From positions 121,272,001-121,336,000 of the forward strand of contig OZ024745.1 in the NCBI GenBank assembly GCA_964016885.1: 64,000 nt of DNA, in the 5' to 3' direction. The translations under genes and the position numbers were made by a program. This stretch comes from Eledone cirrhosa. Lineage: Eukaryota. The notes under the pieces were generated by a model. That model saw only the letters and a program-made list of their open reading frames with translations, did not search any database and had not been told where the DNA came from. Of this stretch, positions 26,890-39,244 are shown one piece after another. Every line of letters starts with the position of its first letter. Position 1 is the first letter of the stretch.

Positions 26890-27385
26890 TTGCGGCATAG
26901 AGTTACGGCCCTTTACGGTTTGAGTTCAAATCCCGCCGAGGTTAACTTTGCCTTTCATCCTTACGGGGTCGATGAAATAAAGTACCAGTCATGCATTGGG
27001 GTCGATTTAATCGACTTTCCCCTCCCTCAAAATTACTGGCAATGTACCTATACTAGAAAGTACCAGTAATGCACTGGGTAATTTGCGGGCCTTGTGCCTA
27101 AAGTAGAAACAATTATTATACAATTATCGGATAATATTATACAATTATCGGATAATATTATACAATTATAATTATTATACAATTATCGGTGGAGGGCGGT
27201 GAATTGGCAGTATCGGTAGAGGGTCGGACCCCATGCTTTCCAGCATAGTTACGTCCCTTTACGATCTGAGTTCAAATCCCGCCGAGGTTGACTTTGCCTT
27301 TCATCCTTACGGGGTCGATAAAATAAAGTACCAGTAATACACTGAGATAATTGTTGGCCTTGTGCCAAAAGTAGAAACAATTATT
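26890..27385 (+). mobile_element. Two SINE A copies in tandem, separated by an (ACAATTATCGGATAATATTAT)n tail
   Basis: Copies at 26890-27120 and 27195-27385. Confidence 0.85.
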
Positions 27386-27529
27386 TTACAATGGTTCGTT
27401 CTCTAAAATTTCCTGACATCTCTCCAGACTTCTCAAACCTCTTCTTCACTCTCTCCCCGATCATGTAAACACCTCACAAGAAGTTGACCCCCCACCACAC
27501 TTGGACAGAAGAGATACCTATTTAGTTTA

Positions 27530-27800
27530 GACGCCATCATCATCCGGCGGCCTCAGCCGAAATGGACTCAACAATTGATCTCCACGTTGGCCTGTCGTTC
27601 ATTGCCGTTGCCAGAGAGAAGAGCGGGAGAGCAGAAGAGCGTGTGACCCCTGTTATTAGTGACTGCTTGTGGTTTCCAAAGCACTAATGGGGACACAGCC
27701 TGATAGGTGGCACGATGGTAGTGGGCAGCAAATCTTACTCTCCTTTTACGTACAACGACAGATATGCGTGGGAGGCCGGCATATATCTCTCTCAAAGTCA
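27530..27800 (-). pseudogene. RTE-clade LINE 3' end
   Basis: EIYAGLPRISVVVRKRRVRFAAHYHR..LVLWKP. Confidence 0.75.
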
Positions 27801-27849
27801 GATGTCACCAGCTTATGTTCTGAAACAGTTTCCCACATACTACTGTCCC

Positions 27850-28570
27850 CGTCTCTCCGACCATCGACTTAATTACGAACAACACCATCGCCTCTACCGA
27901 CCTCAATTGTTTTGGACTCATTGCTGCTGACATCCGTGATCTGATCTCTATCGTCATATCCACCACCTTTTTTCCAGTCCTATGGTTACGTACAAAAACA
28001 AACCCCATGACTTCCGATAGGATTGAGTCTTTCAGGACTTCTGCTGGCCATCATATACATGGACCAGCTGGAGCACACATCACTCACCACCTGCCGCTCT
28101 TGCTCCTTCTTCTCCAGGTACGTGGGTGACATCCTTATACTCACTTCATCACGCCAAGACGCCGCTGAAATTTACAACATCTTTGAAAACATTGACACAC
28201 ATAAAATTTGGAGATCCCCCTCTCTACTCGACTTTACACTAAGAGTCACAGAGGGAGGATCAATATACACCAAATTTTATAAGTAGGATGCCTGCAGAGA
28301 AATTTTTGTGCACCACGACTCCGCTCCTCCCTACAGAACCAAAATGGCCTATATACGGAATGAGACCTCCCGGGTACGCAATGGATGCAACGAGGGTAGA
28401 GGCAGACTTACCAACATGGTGGAATTTCTAAGAGTTATCACTGAAAACGGCTACCTTACTTCTCTCACCAAACACCGAGGTGCCAAGGTAGCAGCACATA
28501 AAAGAACAAGACGGACACATGCTCCTAAGGAAAACAAATGCTACACAAAAGTTTCCTCATTTCAATGAGC
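27850..28570 (+). pseudogene. Penelope-like reverse transcriptase remnant
   Basis: LPIGLSLSGLLLAIIYMDQLE (GxPMGSPLS motif), RYVGDIL (RYVDD), LLDFTL, FYK, VHHDSAPP..K, ENGY. Confidence 0.85.
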
Positions 28571-29507
28571 AGACGACAAGCCATAAGATAAGCCAACCGT
28601 AGAGAGGGACTGAATATAGCTCCTCGTATATCGGAAGTACCATAACGAGGCTACAAATATGGATTAAGAAACACGTGACAACGAGAGCCTATTCCGTTAA
28701 AAAAACATCTTGACAGATGCCGCAATCAAGACATTGAGGTAGCCACAGAGACGACTAAAAGGAATATGAGAAATTTAAGGACTAAGGAAGCCATTTTTAT
28801 CAGCCGAATAAATAATAAGCCAGAAATGCATGAGGCAAAATGGTTACACTAGCGACTCCTCGCATGCGCATACGTTTTGTAAACACAAAATTCAGTTAAG
28901 GAAGAAAACTCTGAAAACTCTGGTACCTCGTTTATTTTGTCTTGGACTGTTTCAGCTTCGTATAACAATGGGGCAGACGATTGAACAAAGTAAACAAAAA
29001 GTAAAAAAGAAAATTGAAAAAGAGACAACACGTGATGGACGTAGCATATACACAAGAACATAAACAACGCGTGTACAAGAAACGGGTTTGATGTTTCGTG
29101 TTAAACCCTTTATCAGTGTAGAGTAAGGAATAAGGATGAAATAAGAAAGGTGTCAGAACGATACCAAGCTGGAGAATAGATGTATGGTGTGGTTTGATAC
29201 CGTAACTCCTGATGAAGTTGTAGGAGTACCTTATTGACATACGGCGTTTCGTGGGGGTTTTAAGCCTGGCGGAGCCCATCCCTTTCTAAATCTGGGTACA
29301 ACAGTTTCCAGAGAAGGACAGAAAGTAAGGAGGAAGTGAGAAAAAAATAGTTGAGAAAACCAGGTAACATATATTTATGTGTGAGTGTGTGTATGTGTGT
29401 GTATGTGCGTGTGTGTGTATATGTGAATGTGTGTGTATGTACATAAGTACACGTGCTTGTACACAAACCCACAGTCCCATACGCAAATAGACACACACAC
29501 ATATATA

Positions 29508-30423
29508 CGAGGTGTGTCAGAAAGTTCCAGGACTGATGTCACAAAAGATTTATTTCAAACCCAAACTTCACACTAAGAGTTTTCTCCTTCAATGTAATCC
29601 CCCTGGAGTATGTAACTGTAATCTTAGCTCTCTGCAGCGATCAAACTTTTTTCTTCATAATTTTATATACATGACCTCTGTTTCAGGTCGTCAAGCAATG
29701 AGCACAGAGCAACGAACAAACTTGAAGTTTCTGGTACGGTTGGGGAAAACTCCGTCAGAAGCAGTGGGATTACTGCAGCAAGTGTATGGAGATGAGACGA
29801 TGTCACACTCACGTGTTTTTGAGTGGTGCAAGAGGTTTAAAGAAGGACGCGAGGACGGGGAAGATGACCCCGGGAGCGGAAGACCCTCAACAACCAGGAC
29901 TGAGGTCAACGTTGAGCGCGTCAGGCAGATGGTGCGTAGCGATCGTCGACTGACTGTTCGACTGATGGCAAATGAGCTGGGCATGAATCGGGACAGCGTC
30001 TGGAAGATTCTCACTGAAGATTTGGACATGCGGAAAGTCTGCGCGAAGATGGTGCCAAAACTGCTGAACGATGGCCAGAAGCGTCGACGCATGCAAGTGT
30101 GCCAGGACACCCACGAGCGTCTTGAAACCGAACCAGACTTGCTAGGGACAGTCATCACCGGTGATGAGTCATGGATCTTCGAGGAGAACTCGGAGGGGAC
30201 CCGTTCTGAAGACGTGGACGACATCGAAAAGGCGGTGACGACAGAACTGTGGAGGATCCCGGAAGAATCCTTCCAGGAGTGCATGCAAGCGTGGCAGAAA
30301 AGGATGGAAGAGTGCATTAGACTCCGGGGGAATTACTTTGAAGGAGAAAACTCTTAGTGTGAAGTATGGGTTTGAAATAAATCTTTTGTGACATCAGTCC
30401 TGGAACTTTTCTGACACACCTCG
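29508..30423 (+). mobile_element. Mariner element with ~100-bp inverted ends and an internal deletion
   Basis: TA-CGAGGTGTGTCAG..CTGACACACCTCG-TA; inverted arms 29508-29609 and 30321-30423. Confidence 0.95.
29698..30357 (+). CDS. Internally deleted mariner transposase, 219 aa, open frame
   Basis: MSTEQRTNLKFLV..GRP HTH domains, MVPKLL (WVPHEL-like), ITGDESW (first Asp), then an in-frame jump to the C-terminus GNYFE; HDNA and YSPDL motifs are absent. Confidence 0.8.
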   Translation: MSTEQRTNLKFLVRLGKTPSEAVGLLQQVYGDETMSHSRVFEWCKRFKEGREDGEDDPGSGRPSTTRTEVNVERVRQMVRSDRRLTVRLMANELGMNRDSVWKILTEDLDMRKVCAKMVPKLLNDGQKRRRMQVCQDTHERLETEPDLLGTVITGDESWIFEENSEGTRSEDVDDIEKAVTTELWRIPEESFQECMQAWQKRMEECIRLRGNYFEGENS

Positions 30424-30589
30424 TATATGTGTGTGTGTGTGTATGAATTATGCATGTACACACATACATACACACACACACACACATATAATATATATAT
30501 AGATATAGATATATTATACATACACACAGAAACAAGCGTACAGATAAATTCATTCAAAAATATAAACAAACACACGCGTGCGCGCAAAC

Positions 30590-31445
30590 AGTAAAATATG
30601 TAAAACATTCCAAAAATGTTGCATCTAATAACTGCATATACACATGTACAGATACAAAGCATATACACATGCACACATACAACTCAAAACATCCACATCC
30701 ACACATACAATAACATCCATATCTACACATGCATACATACATACATATCTACCTAGTTGATGTTGTGTAAATTCCAATGAGAGAGTCTTGTGTCTAAGTT
30801 AGAAACCGACTCTCTCTCTCTATTGGTAAAACTTTGTGAAATTATAAAACCAGAATAACATACATACATCGTACAGACTAGATATAATGATATGGGACAG
30901 GGAAAAGAAGGCATGCACAGTAGTGGAAGTTAGCTGCCCAGCAGATGCCAATATAATATCAAAGATTAGCGAAAAGGAGAATATTTATGCAGAACTAATG
31001 AGAAATCTGCAGATACTCCACCCTGATTACACCTTCAGATTTATACCTGTGATTATTGGGGCTCTGGGATATGTTAGTAACTGCCTCAATACAAATCTTG
31101 AGAAGCTGGGCTTCACAGGAACAGAAAGAACACAACTAGTTAGGAAATTACAAGTACAATCCATTAATGGAGAAGTAAAAATATGTAAAACACTCCAAAA
31201 ATGTTGCATCTAATAACTGCATATACACATGTTCAGATACAAAGCATATACACATGCACACATAAAACTTAAAACATACAATAACATCCATACCTGCACA
31301 CATATGCATGCATGCAGATATGCATACATATTTACCTAGTTGATGTTGTATAAATTCCAATGAGAGAGTCTTGTATCTATGTTAGAAACCGACCCTCTCT
31401 CTCTATTGGGAAAAAATTTGTGAAATTATAAAACCAGAACATATA
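30590..31445 (+). mobile_element. Two tandem 5'-truncated Dong/R4 copies; the second retains the RLE endonuclease domain
   Basis: RLDIMIWDREKKACTVVEVSCPAD..KENIY..IPVIIGALG (PD-(D/E)xK domain). Both copies end AAAACCAGAA then (CATA)n. Confidence 0.85.
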
Positions 31446-31462
31446 TGCATACATACATATAT

Positions 31463-31612
31463 GGTGGCTGCCAACTCTTTTTCGAGTACGGCCACTACTT
31501 TATATCCATGTAGGAGAACCCTTACCGATGCGCTGAACGAGTGTGACTTTTTAGTCCAGCCAGCGACTTGAAAACTCTGGTACAAACACTACACTTGTGA
31601 CAATTATTGACA
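31463..31612 (-). mobile_element. RTE 3' end (C2H2 finger plus UTR)
   Basis: Reverse complement of 6317-6482. Confidence 0.75.
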
Positions 31613-31630
31613 ATTATTGACATTATATAC

Positions 31631-31707
<77 letters not shown>

Positions 31708-31726
31708 TTGACAATTATATACATAT

Positions 31727-31806
<80 letters not shown>

Positions 31807-31873
31807 AAGGTTTAGTAAATAATGAAAAAGTTTCAAAATAAATTTTAAAGAATTGACTTTACCTACTATAGTT

Positions 31874-31957
31874 ACCTTTACCGATCGGTTTCGAATCCCA
31901 AAAATAAAACGGAGACCATACGGCCTTCGTTGCAAAGAGATATTCTCGTCAGAAGGT
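31874..31957 (-). ncRNA. Type-I hammerhead ribozyme (inverted copy)
   Basis: Reverse complement of 32162-32245; core intact. Confidence 0.85.
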
Positions 31958-32161
31958 TCTTTTCATTCAAAGAATATAAAATTCCTGAATTTAAATCACA
32001 AACTAGCGGTGGCTAGTTTGACCTACCTCCTTTTGCCTCTATCTTTGCTACGGCCCTTGATAAACCTGTTCTACATCATCCACTCTCATCCCAGGAACAG
32101 TTTTTGATAGCGCTAGTTTGTGATTTAAATTCAGGAATTTTATATTCTTTGAATGAAAAGA

Positions 32162-32245
32162 ACCTTCTGACGAGAATCTCTCTTTGCAACGAAGGCCGTA
32201 TGGTCTCCGTTTTATTTTTGGGATTCGAAACCGATCGGTAAAGGT
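32162..32245 (+). ncRNA. Type-I hammerhead ribozyme, canonical core
   Basis: ACCTT-CTGACGA-GAATCT..GGATTC-GAAA-CCGATCGG-TA-AAGGT; stem III is the palindrome ACCGATCGGT; predicted cleavage after A32240. Confidence 0.88.
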
Positions 32246-33283
32246 AACTATAGTAGGTAAAGTCAATTTTTTAAAATTTATTTTGAAACTTTTTCATTAT
32301 TTACTAAACCTTGTTTATATTTGTTCTGGCTCGTTAATTTATTAACCCGCCATTGAACCACACTGGCACTTGGTTGGACAATACATGCGTACCTTGGCGC
32401 CTTGTGCGTGAAGGGACGTATTTCATATATATATATGTATACGTGCGTACGTACATACATGCGAACGTACATACACACATACATATATACGTACGTGCAT
32501 ACATAATACATACATAAATACATACATACATATACATACATGCATGCATACATACATACATACACGCACACACACATACACGCATTCATTCATACATACA
32601 CACACATCCATACATACATACTTACATACATACATACATGTATACATACATACACACTTACATACATACATACATAAACACATACATACATACACACATA
32701 CATACATACATACGTACATACACACACGCATACACACATACACACATACATACATACATACATACATACATACATACTTACGTACATACATACGCACATA
32801 CTAACATACATACTTACATATATACTTACATATATACTTACATACATACACACACACATACATACATACATACATACACACATACATACATACATACATG
32901 CATACATAAACACATACATACACGCATACACACACAATACATACATACATACATACACACATACACACGCACATACACACATACATACACACATGCTAAC
33001 ATACATAGAAAGACACAGAAACACATACCTTAGGTGTCTACAGGTGTATACACAGGTATGTAAACTCCATAAGATGTTTCCCCTGGGGTAGTCGTTATAT
33101 TGTAGTAATATGGTACTCCGGAACAACACAGCCCCACACTGGTTTACAACACAGTTCTGTTGTAATTACCTGAAACCTACAATAGTGTTGGAGGTACTAA
33201 CACCTGTTCATTACAGATACTAATACATTACCTATACTAATAATTATATATGTCAACGTATGTTTCCTATTTGAAAGGAAAGT

Positions 33284-33352
<69 letters not shown>

Positions 33353-33358
33353 ATACAT

Positions 33359-33414
<56 letters not shown>

Positions 33415-33535
33415 AAAGTTATATTTAAATTGTTGGGTTAACAACGAGTAAATATTTATAACTGATATAAAAGCACTCAACAAATCGATGGAAAGGTATG
33501 TCATATCTATTTATTTATAAGACTGTTTATATTGT

Positions 33536-33599
33536 ATTTTGTCTGATGAAGGCATAACATATTGTTAATATGATATCCCTGAAATATATATAATGAAAT
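33536..33599 (+). ncRNA. Type-I hammerhead ribozyme in mini-element 33413-33640
   Basis: TTTTGT-CTGATGA-AGG..CCT-GAAA-TATATA-TA-ATGAAA; same family as 17.5 kb, preceded by an inverted copy of the family's 3' extension. Confidence 0.8.
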
Positions 33600-33637
33600 A
33601 AATATGGTTTTATAAATATAGTTTCCATTTATTTAAT

Positions 33638-33689
<52 letters not shown>

Positions 33690-33852
33690 CGTTATCTCGC
33701 ACATACATACATTCATACATACACACACATACACACACACATATATATATACATATATATATATATACACATACATACATGTACATACGTATATATATAT
33801 AAATATATATATGCATATATACATTCATAAATACATACATATATTCATAAAT

Positions 33853-33897
<45 letters not shown>

Positions 33898-34221
33898 CAT
33901 ACATATATATATATATACACATACATACATGTACATACGTATATATATATAAATATATATATGCATATATACATGCAAGCATACATACATTCGTATGTAT
34001 GTATATATATATGTATATATATATATATACATATATTTATATACATACATACATTCGTATGTATGTATATATATATGTATATATATATATATACATATAT
34101 TTATATACATATATTTATAATATAAAATTAAAACAAAAAATGTTTTAACATTACAATTGAAGTCATTCTTTTCCTTTTTTTTTCAAATATACCTAACTGT
34201 ACCAAGGATCTCACACATTCT

Positions 34222-34290
<69 letters not shown>

Positions 34291-34298
<8 letters not shown>

Positions 34299-34486
34299 TA
34301 ACATATAAGATCAAAAGATGGTTAAAAGAGTTCCATGTATTTTATTATGCGCATTTCAAAAACAAATATCATCATGCAATAACATTTGCAAATGTTATTG
34401 CATGATGATATTTGTTTTTGAAATGCGCATAATAAAATACATGGAACTCTTTTAACCATCTTTTGATCTTATATGTTATTATTTAT
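34291..34486. repeat. Perfect 196-bp palindrome built from the 3' half of the 1.4-kb hammerhead family
   Basis: Centre TTG|CAA at 34388/34389 lies in the stem II loop; each arm has GAAA-TGCGCA-TA-ATAAAA. Confidence 0.9.
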
Positions 34487-34528
34487 ACTCCAGTCCTACA
34501 AACTGTAGAGTGCTACTTATCCGATATC

Positions 34529-34579
<51 letters not shown>

Positions 34580-34591
34580 ATATATATATAT

Positions 34592-34712
<121 letters not shown>

Positions 34713-35710
34713 CATTAATGAGTCTAATATATGAAACTCATTACAAATGCCATGAGCCATGTATGTTAACACATTTATATAAACATGTCTTATTTGTGTA
34801 TTGAATTGATGTGTAACTTAACACATAATTGATTTAACTACCACTAAAAGGACTAATAAAATATAAATTGGTTGCTCCGCGTTATTATTACTGCCACCAT
34901 TGACGGGTTTATAAAGCGTTTTGGTTGTAGTGACACGGTTTTGTGACTTATACCAGTGTGTCACATCTTTGGCAAGTGACACAGTCTCTGCGAGTTACAC
35001 CACTGAGTGACATCTTTGGCAAGTGTCCTTTGCTATAGTGACACGGTCTTTGTGACCTATAGCACTGTCACATCTTTGGCAAGTGTCCATTGCTATAAAC
35101 GTTGAAATTGTATTTATGGAATATATCATATAAATACAGTTTAATCTGTTGACCGCTGCGTATATTTTACACAGCTACAGTTGCTGTGCCGGTTTTTTCC
35201 CCAATAAAATTACTATTTTTTAAAACAAACATCTATTAACAACACATATCGGAATGATTGACAAACGTCACATCAATAAACTAGTAACCCCATCTAGCTT
35301 TGAAGTTATGAACTGTTGGAAAAGAGTTCAAACATGTTAGGATGCGTTATCTTCTCTGTGGCACTGGAATGCATATATGTTAGGACGAGTTATCTCGTCT
35401 GTGGCACTGAAGAGGTTAATAGAAAACGAAGAAAAAAATTAGATTGAGAAGAATGGAATGTAAAATAAAAAAATATAAAGAAAAAAGAAAAGAAAAACGG
35501 AAAAGGAAGGGAATGGCAAGGACTCTAGTGTCACAGAAGAATGGAGAAGAGGGGGATGATTGGGCTCTGGGCTTAGGGGATGGATACGGTAAGTGACAAT
35601 GTTGACTTACAACCACAACTAATTTTAGTCATTTGAATAGACTCCAGCAACTTGAAATAAATTGTCATGCTGAATCAAACTCACAACGCGGGAATTAAAC
35701 TCACAACCTT

Positions 35711-36032
35711 ATGTATGTATAGTCTCGTCACTCCTGATAGAGTCGTAGGGGCGCACTATTGATATACGGCGTTTCTTCGGCATTTTAAGCCTGGCAAAGT
35801 CCATCCCTCGCCAGACCTGAGTACAGCAGATTTCTTCCAGAGAAAGATAGAAAGTGAGAGAGAGGAAATGAGAAAGAGATATAGAGGAAGAATCGACCCC
35901 AGTACTTGACTGGTACTTTTTTTATCGACTTCGAAAGGATGAAAGTCAAAGTTGACCTCAGAGAGCAGAAAGCTGGAACAAATACCATAAGGCATTCTAT
36001 CTGACGTTCTAACGACTCTGCAAATTCGCCGC
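35711..36032 (-). mobile_element. SINE A long-tail copy with 9-bp TSD, nested in another SINE head
   Basis: CACAACCTT at 35702-35710 and 36033-36041; the host head is split between 36040-36090 and ~35692-35710. Confidence 0.85.
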
Positions 36033-36067
36033 CACAACCTTGTGATCGTGTGACAAATACTCTAACT

Positions 36068-36480
36068 ACTAAGTCACGTGACTTCACTTATGGACCAGTG
36101 TCGGACATACTACTAGGTCACGTGGCTTTACTTGCGGAACAATGGCGGGTATGATTCTAAGTCACCTGACTTCACATATGGACCAATGACAGACATACTA
36201 CTAAGTCACGTGACTTCACTTATGGACCAGTGTCGGACATGCTACTAAATCACGTGACTTCACTCACGGACCAATGGCAGACATGCTACTAAGTCACGTG
36301 ACTTCACTTATGGACCAATGACAGACATGTTACTAAGTCACGTGACTTCACTTTCGGACCAATGACAGACATACTTCTAAGTCACGTGACTTCACTTATG
36401 AACCAATGACGGACACACTAAGTCACGTGACTTCACTTATGAACCAATGACAGACACACTACTAAGTCTCGTGATTTCAC
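36068..36480. repeat. ~44-bp tandem repeat, ~9 copies, most carrying the palindrome AAGTCACGTGACTT
   Basis: Unit CTAAGTCACGTGACTTCACTTATGGACCAATGACAGACATACTA. Confidence 0.92.
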
Positions 36481-37344
36481 AACGCAGTGATAAGGTTGAG
36501 AATCAACACCCAAGGCCGATATCAGTCGAATATCTCCTAAGTACGAGGTCTGTGGGTTGCTCGGCCGATATCAGTCGAATATCTCCTAAGTACGAGGTCT
36601 GTGGGTTGCTCAGAAACTCTCCATTATCTACCTCCAGCCAAAAATAATTAAAAAATGCTTCATAAAAAGTATAAAAGATTCAGATTAAACTGTTGATGTC
36701 TCCAGCATCATCTCTGCCCTAATGTAATGTTGTTATATCGCCGCCATGTTGCTGGGAAATACATCATCTGCTACAATGAAGTGGATTTCTATTCTCTTTG
36801 CACTGAAAATATTCGTCTTCTTATTTCTTACGTAATTATTTTTTTCTGGAAGCTTTAATGAATAAAGACACCATTAAGATAATCTGTATGACTTAAACCA
36901 GATTAGACAGCTCCAAAGGACAAAAACTTTGATGAGAAGAAATGTTTTGAAAAGAAGCGAAGACATATTGTATTTTTAATAGAAGAATTATTCCCTGGGA
37001 ATTTAGTCTGAATATTCAATAAAGACAAAACTTTTCTGTAGAAAAAATAGAAAAAACAAAACAAAAAAAAAACACCAAAAGAAACACGACAAAGAATAGA
37101 AAAGAATAAAGAAATTGGAAATACTGGTGAATAGTTTTTGCTTTATCTGTAGCAAAATTTGTGAGAATATACTATTTGGGGACAACATTGTTATTTTCAA
37201 TGAAAAAATTATTTATCCTGTGCAAAACAAATACGGAATGTTTTTGATGTGCTAAATATCAAGGATACATACATACATACATACATACATACATACATAC
37301 ATACATACATACATACATACATACATACATACATACACACATAC

Positions 37345-37511
37345 ACATCACGGGCGCTCTATCTCAAAATTATTTTTGTAAAGCATTAGAAATGCGCAAC
37401 CGGTAAAAACTTAAACTGAATACTAACCAATACTTATTACTAATTTTTACTTATTCCTAATTAAACTATTTTTCACTGGGAACAATTTGTCAGCATTTTC
37501 TTTTCCTTTTA

Positions 37512-37516
<5 letters not shown>
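37345..37516 (+). mobile_element. pLTR-like mini-element (TTGAAAA/GCAA family; core here reads TTGTAAA)
   Basis: Near-identical to 19407-19585. Confidence 0.65.
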
Positions 37517-37567
<51 letters not shown>

Positions 37568-37989
37568 TATATATATATATGTTTATGTATAAACATTTCG
37601 AAAGCTTTCATCTATGAATTTAGAAACTGATGGCGAAGCGCCATCTACCGGATTCCAACAGTAGCTAAGGGTATGTAACTGACGACAATGACGTCATCGT
37701 TTCTGACTCTGGTTGTTATCAAGCCAGTGCACCTAACCCCGTTCACTGCTAGAACTCAATATAGGCGAAAATATAGTTTAGACACCTATGTACATGGGCT
37801 GATTAGCCTCATTTGCATATAGAGTTTTTGGCTGGCTCAGCCGGAAAATGAAATTAAGGTGTTAGCTCTAATATAGCTGTGTATATGAAGTATGTGTTTT
37901 TGTATATCTAGCGACATACGGTATGTTTATGAATGTACTTAGGTGTCTAAACTATGTTTTCGCAAAATTCAGGTATCGGATCATAATCA

Positions 37990-38755
37990 AGAATTTGCGT
38001 CAAGCAGTGCAGAACAAACCTAAGATGTGGTTTCAACAAGCTGGCGCCATTGATCATATGACCCCGGAAACTATGGAGCTTCTAATACAAACTTTTATTC
38101 ACGGAATAATTTCGCGAAATTCCGATGTTTTTAGGCCAACAGTTCTCCTGATCAGACGGCTCCCAATTGTCTTTGGGGATACATTAAAGAGAGTGCATAC
38201 ATCAGTAAACGCCAAGCAATTCAACACGGATAACATTTGTGCAGAAATTCGAGAACTGCAGCCAGAATCATTAACCAATGTTTTGGAGAATACTATTGAA
38301 AGAGCGAAACCTGGAAGAGCACGGCAAAGATAGGGAGACGGCTGAACACATTCCACCAACGGTGCCTGCGAAGGATCCTTCGTGTGTCCTGGCACGACCA
38401 AGTGTGAAACGAGGAAATCCTGCGGAGAACAGAATCGTGGACGCCGGTGCCGCCTGGCTGGCCATATTCTGTGCCAGCCCAACGAACGGCACTTGAAAAC
38501 AGTGATGAACTGGACTCCACCTGGCAGCAAACGGAAGCGGGGTTGCCACAGAATCACCTGGTGACGGACGTTCCAAAAAGGACCTGATGGCAATCAACAT
38601 CACTTGGCACGGGCGCGAAAAAGCCGCTGCTGATCGTGACCATGGCGACTACTTACTGCACGATGTGCCGAATGACGCGGAAGAACCTACAACTAAGAAT
38701 ATTGAAAGAACGCGACTGTGTGATGTAAAAAATTGAGGACATTTACATCATACTC
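37990..38755 (+). pseudogene. Tc1/mariner-superfamily transposase remnant interrupted by an RTE LINE 3' end (38304-38699)
   Basis: MWFQQAGAIDH, SPDQTAP, GYIK (WFQQDGA..SPDL..WGYLK-like). RTE insert ETWKST..FHQRCLRRIL..RLAGHIL..GSKRKRG with TSD TATTGAAAGA at 38294 and 38700. Confidence 0.75.
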
Positions 38756-39244
38756 TTTTACTCTTTTACCTGTTCCAGCCATCCGGCTGAGGCCATGCTG
38801 GGGCACCGCCCTTGACATATAATTTTTCATAATTAAATGGGAATATATTTCTTGTGTTTAAATATTCATTCTTTACTACACCATACCACACCACACTACA
38901 CCCCACCCCACCCCACCCCACCACACTACACCACACTATACTACACTACACCACACCACACTACACTACACCACACTTCACTACACCACACTACACTACA
39001 CCACACTACACTACACCACACTTCACTACACCACACTTCACTACACCACACTACACTACACCACACTTCAGTACACCTCACCATTTTACTGGGTGTACTG
39101 AAGTGTATTTTATTATGGCACCAGCTGTTTTCGTTTTCATGAAATAACAAGCATTTCTGTTTAGAAGCAGAAATTTCTCAATTAAGACCCTAATTGCAAT
39201 ACTTTACCAATCAGGCACACCTGAATAGTTTTGAAGTTACTCGA

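Larger units (their letters stand above)
31799..32425. mobile_element. Hammerhead-bearing inverted-arm mini-element
   Basis: ~210-bp inverted arms 31799-32008 and 32111-32320, ~100-bp spacer, ~100-bp one-sided extension; (AT)n flanks. Confidence 0.85.

Noticed and set aside
36735-36755. CAACATGGCGGCG (YY1/Kozak-like) on the minus strand
   Set aside because: Stop codon after 4 codons; a single motif with no other promoter support
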